From contig NC_091289.1 in the NCBI RefSeq assembly GCF_032444005.1, positions 22,444,001 to 22,508,000 of the forward strand: 64,000 nucleotides of DNA, written 5' to 3'. The notes beneath the pieces are model-generated. The model saw only the letters and a program-made list of their open reading frames with translations. It was not told the origin of the DNA and did not search any database. The translations under genes were made by a program, and so were the position numbers. The stretch comes from Ranitomeya imitator (Eukaryota). This document shows positions 63,701 to 64,000 of this stretch, one piece after another; positions within the stretch are counted from its first letter, which is position 1, and every line of letters starts with the position of its first letter.

Positions 63701-64000
63701 GAAATATCTAATTAATTATTCACAGTTCAATTTAAAAACTACCTGTCCTTTCTCAAATGCTGTAGAATAATATGGTTATGCTACCCAAATAACCCATAAG
63801 GAAATATTTCCTTCGGTGCTCATACCAGTCTAATATGTCCAGTAACTATCCTAATTCTCATGTACTGTGACTTGTCATCACCTCTTTTTCAGTGGGTGAT
63901 TTCTCTTTAGCACCGTGTCAGTACTCTATCTGCTAGAACTTCCTTTTGCTTACCACGTAGGATGCACTGTACTTGCTCTGAACTTAAAGCCGCCTCTCTG

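Noticed and set aside
55682-64000. First coding exon of the SLC16 gene (expected PPDGGWGW...FPK)
   Set aside because: Not found by eye on the minus strand; probably beyond the window. Donor-like sites near 58668 and 59380 have no supporting ORF.

Overview
Eukaryotic (vertebrate) genomic DNA. By repeat content it is most likely an anuran, possibly a hyloid/dendrobatid frog; this is inference. It contains two assembly gaps (18173-18300, 46664-46801). The only host gene I can support is a monocarboxylate transporter 2-like gene (SLC16A7 family) on the minus strand. Three coding exons are present (55538-55681, 50465-51325, 49138-49421); the first coding exon was not found and probably lies beyond the window. 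Most of the rest is transposon-derived: a two-gene PIF/Harbinger element with a matching non-autonomous derivative, a decayed CR1 LINE, a piggyBac nested in a Tc1, further Tc1 copies, hAT, Tourist-like and TTAA MITEs, two solo LTRs, and several tandem repeats. The most interesting signals are (i) several minimal type-I hammerhead-ribozyme-like motifs, in Penelope-like terminal repeats and in a dispersed ~331-bp repeat family resembling a retrozyme or satellite 2, and (ii) a recurring class of fold-back (palindromic) insertions, three of them flanked by 10-15-bp target-site duplications. All coordinates were read by eye; no searches or folding programs were run.
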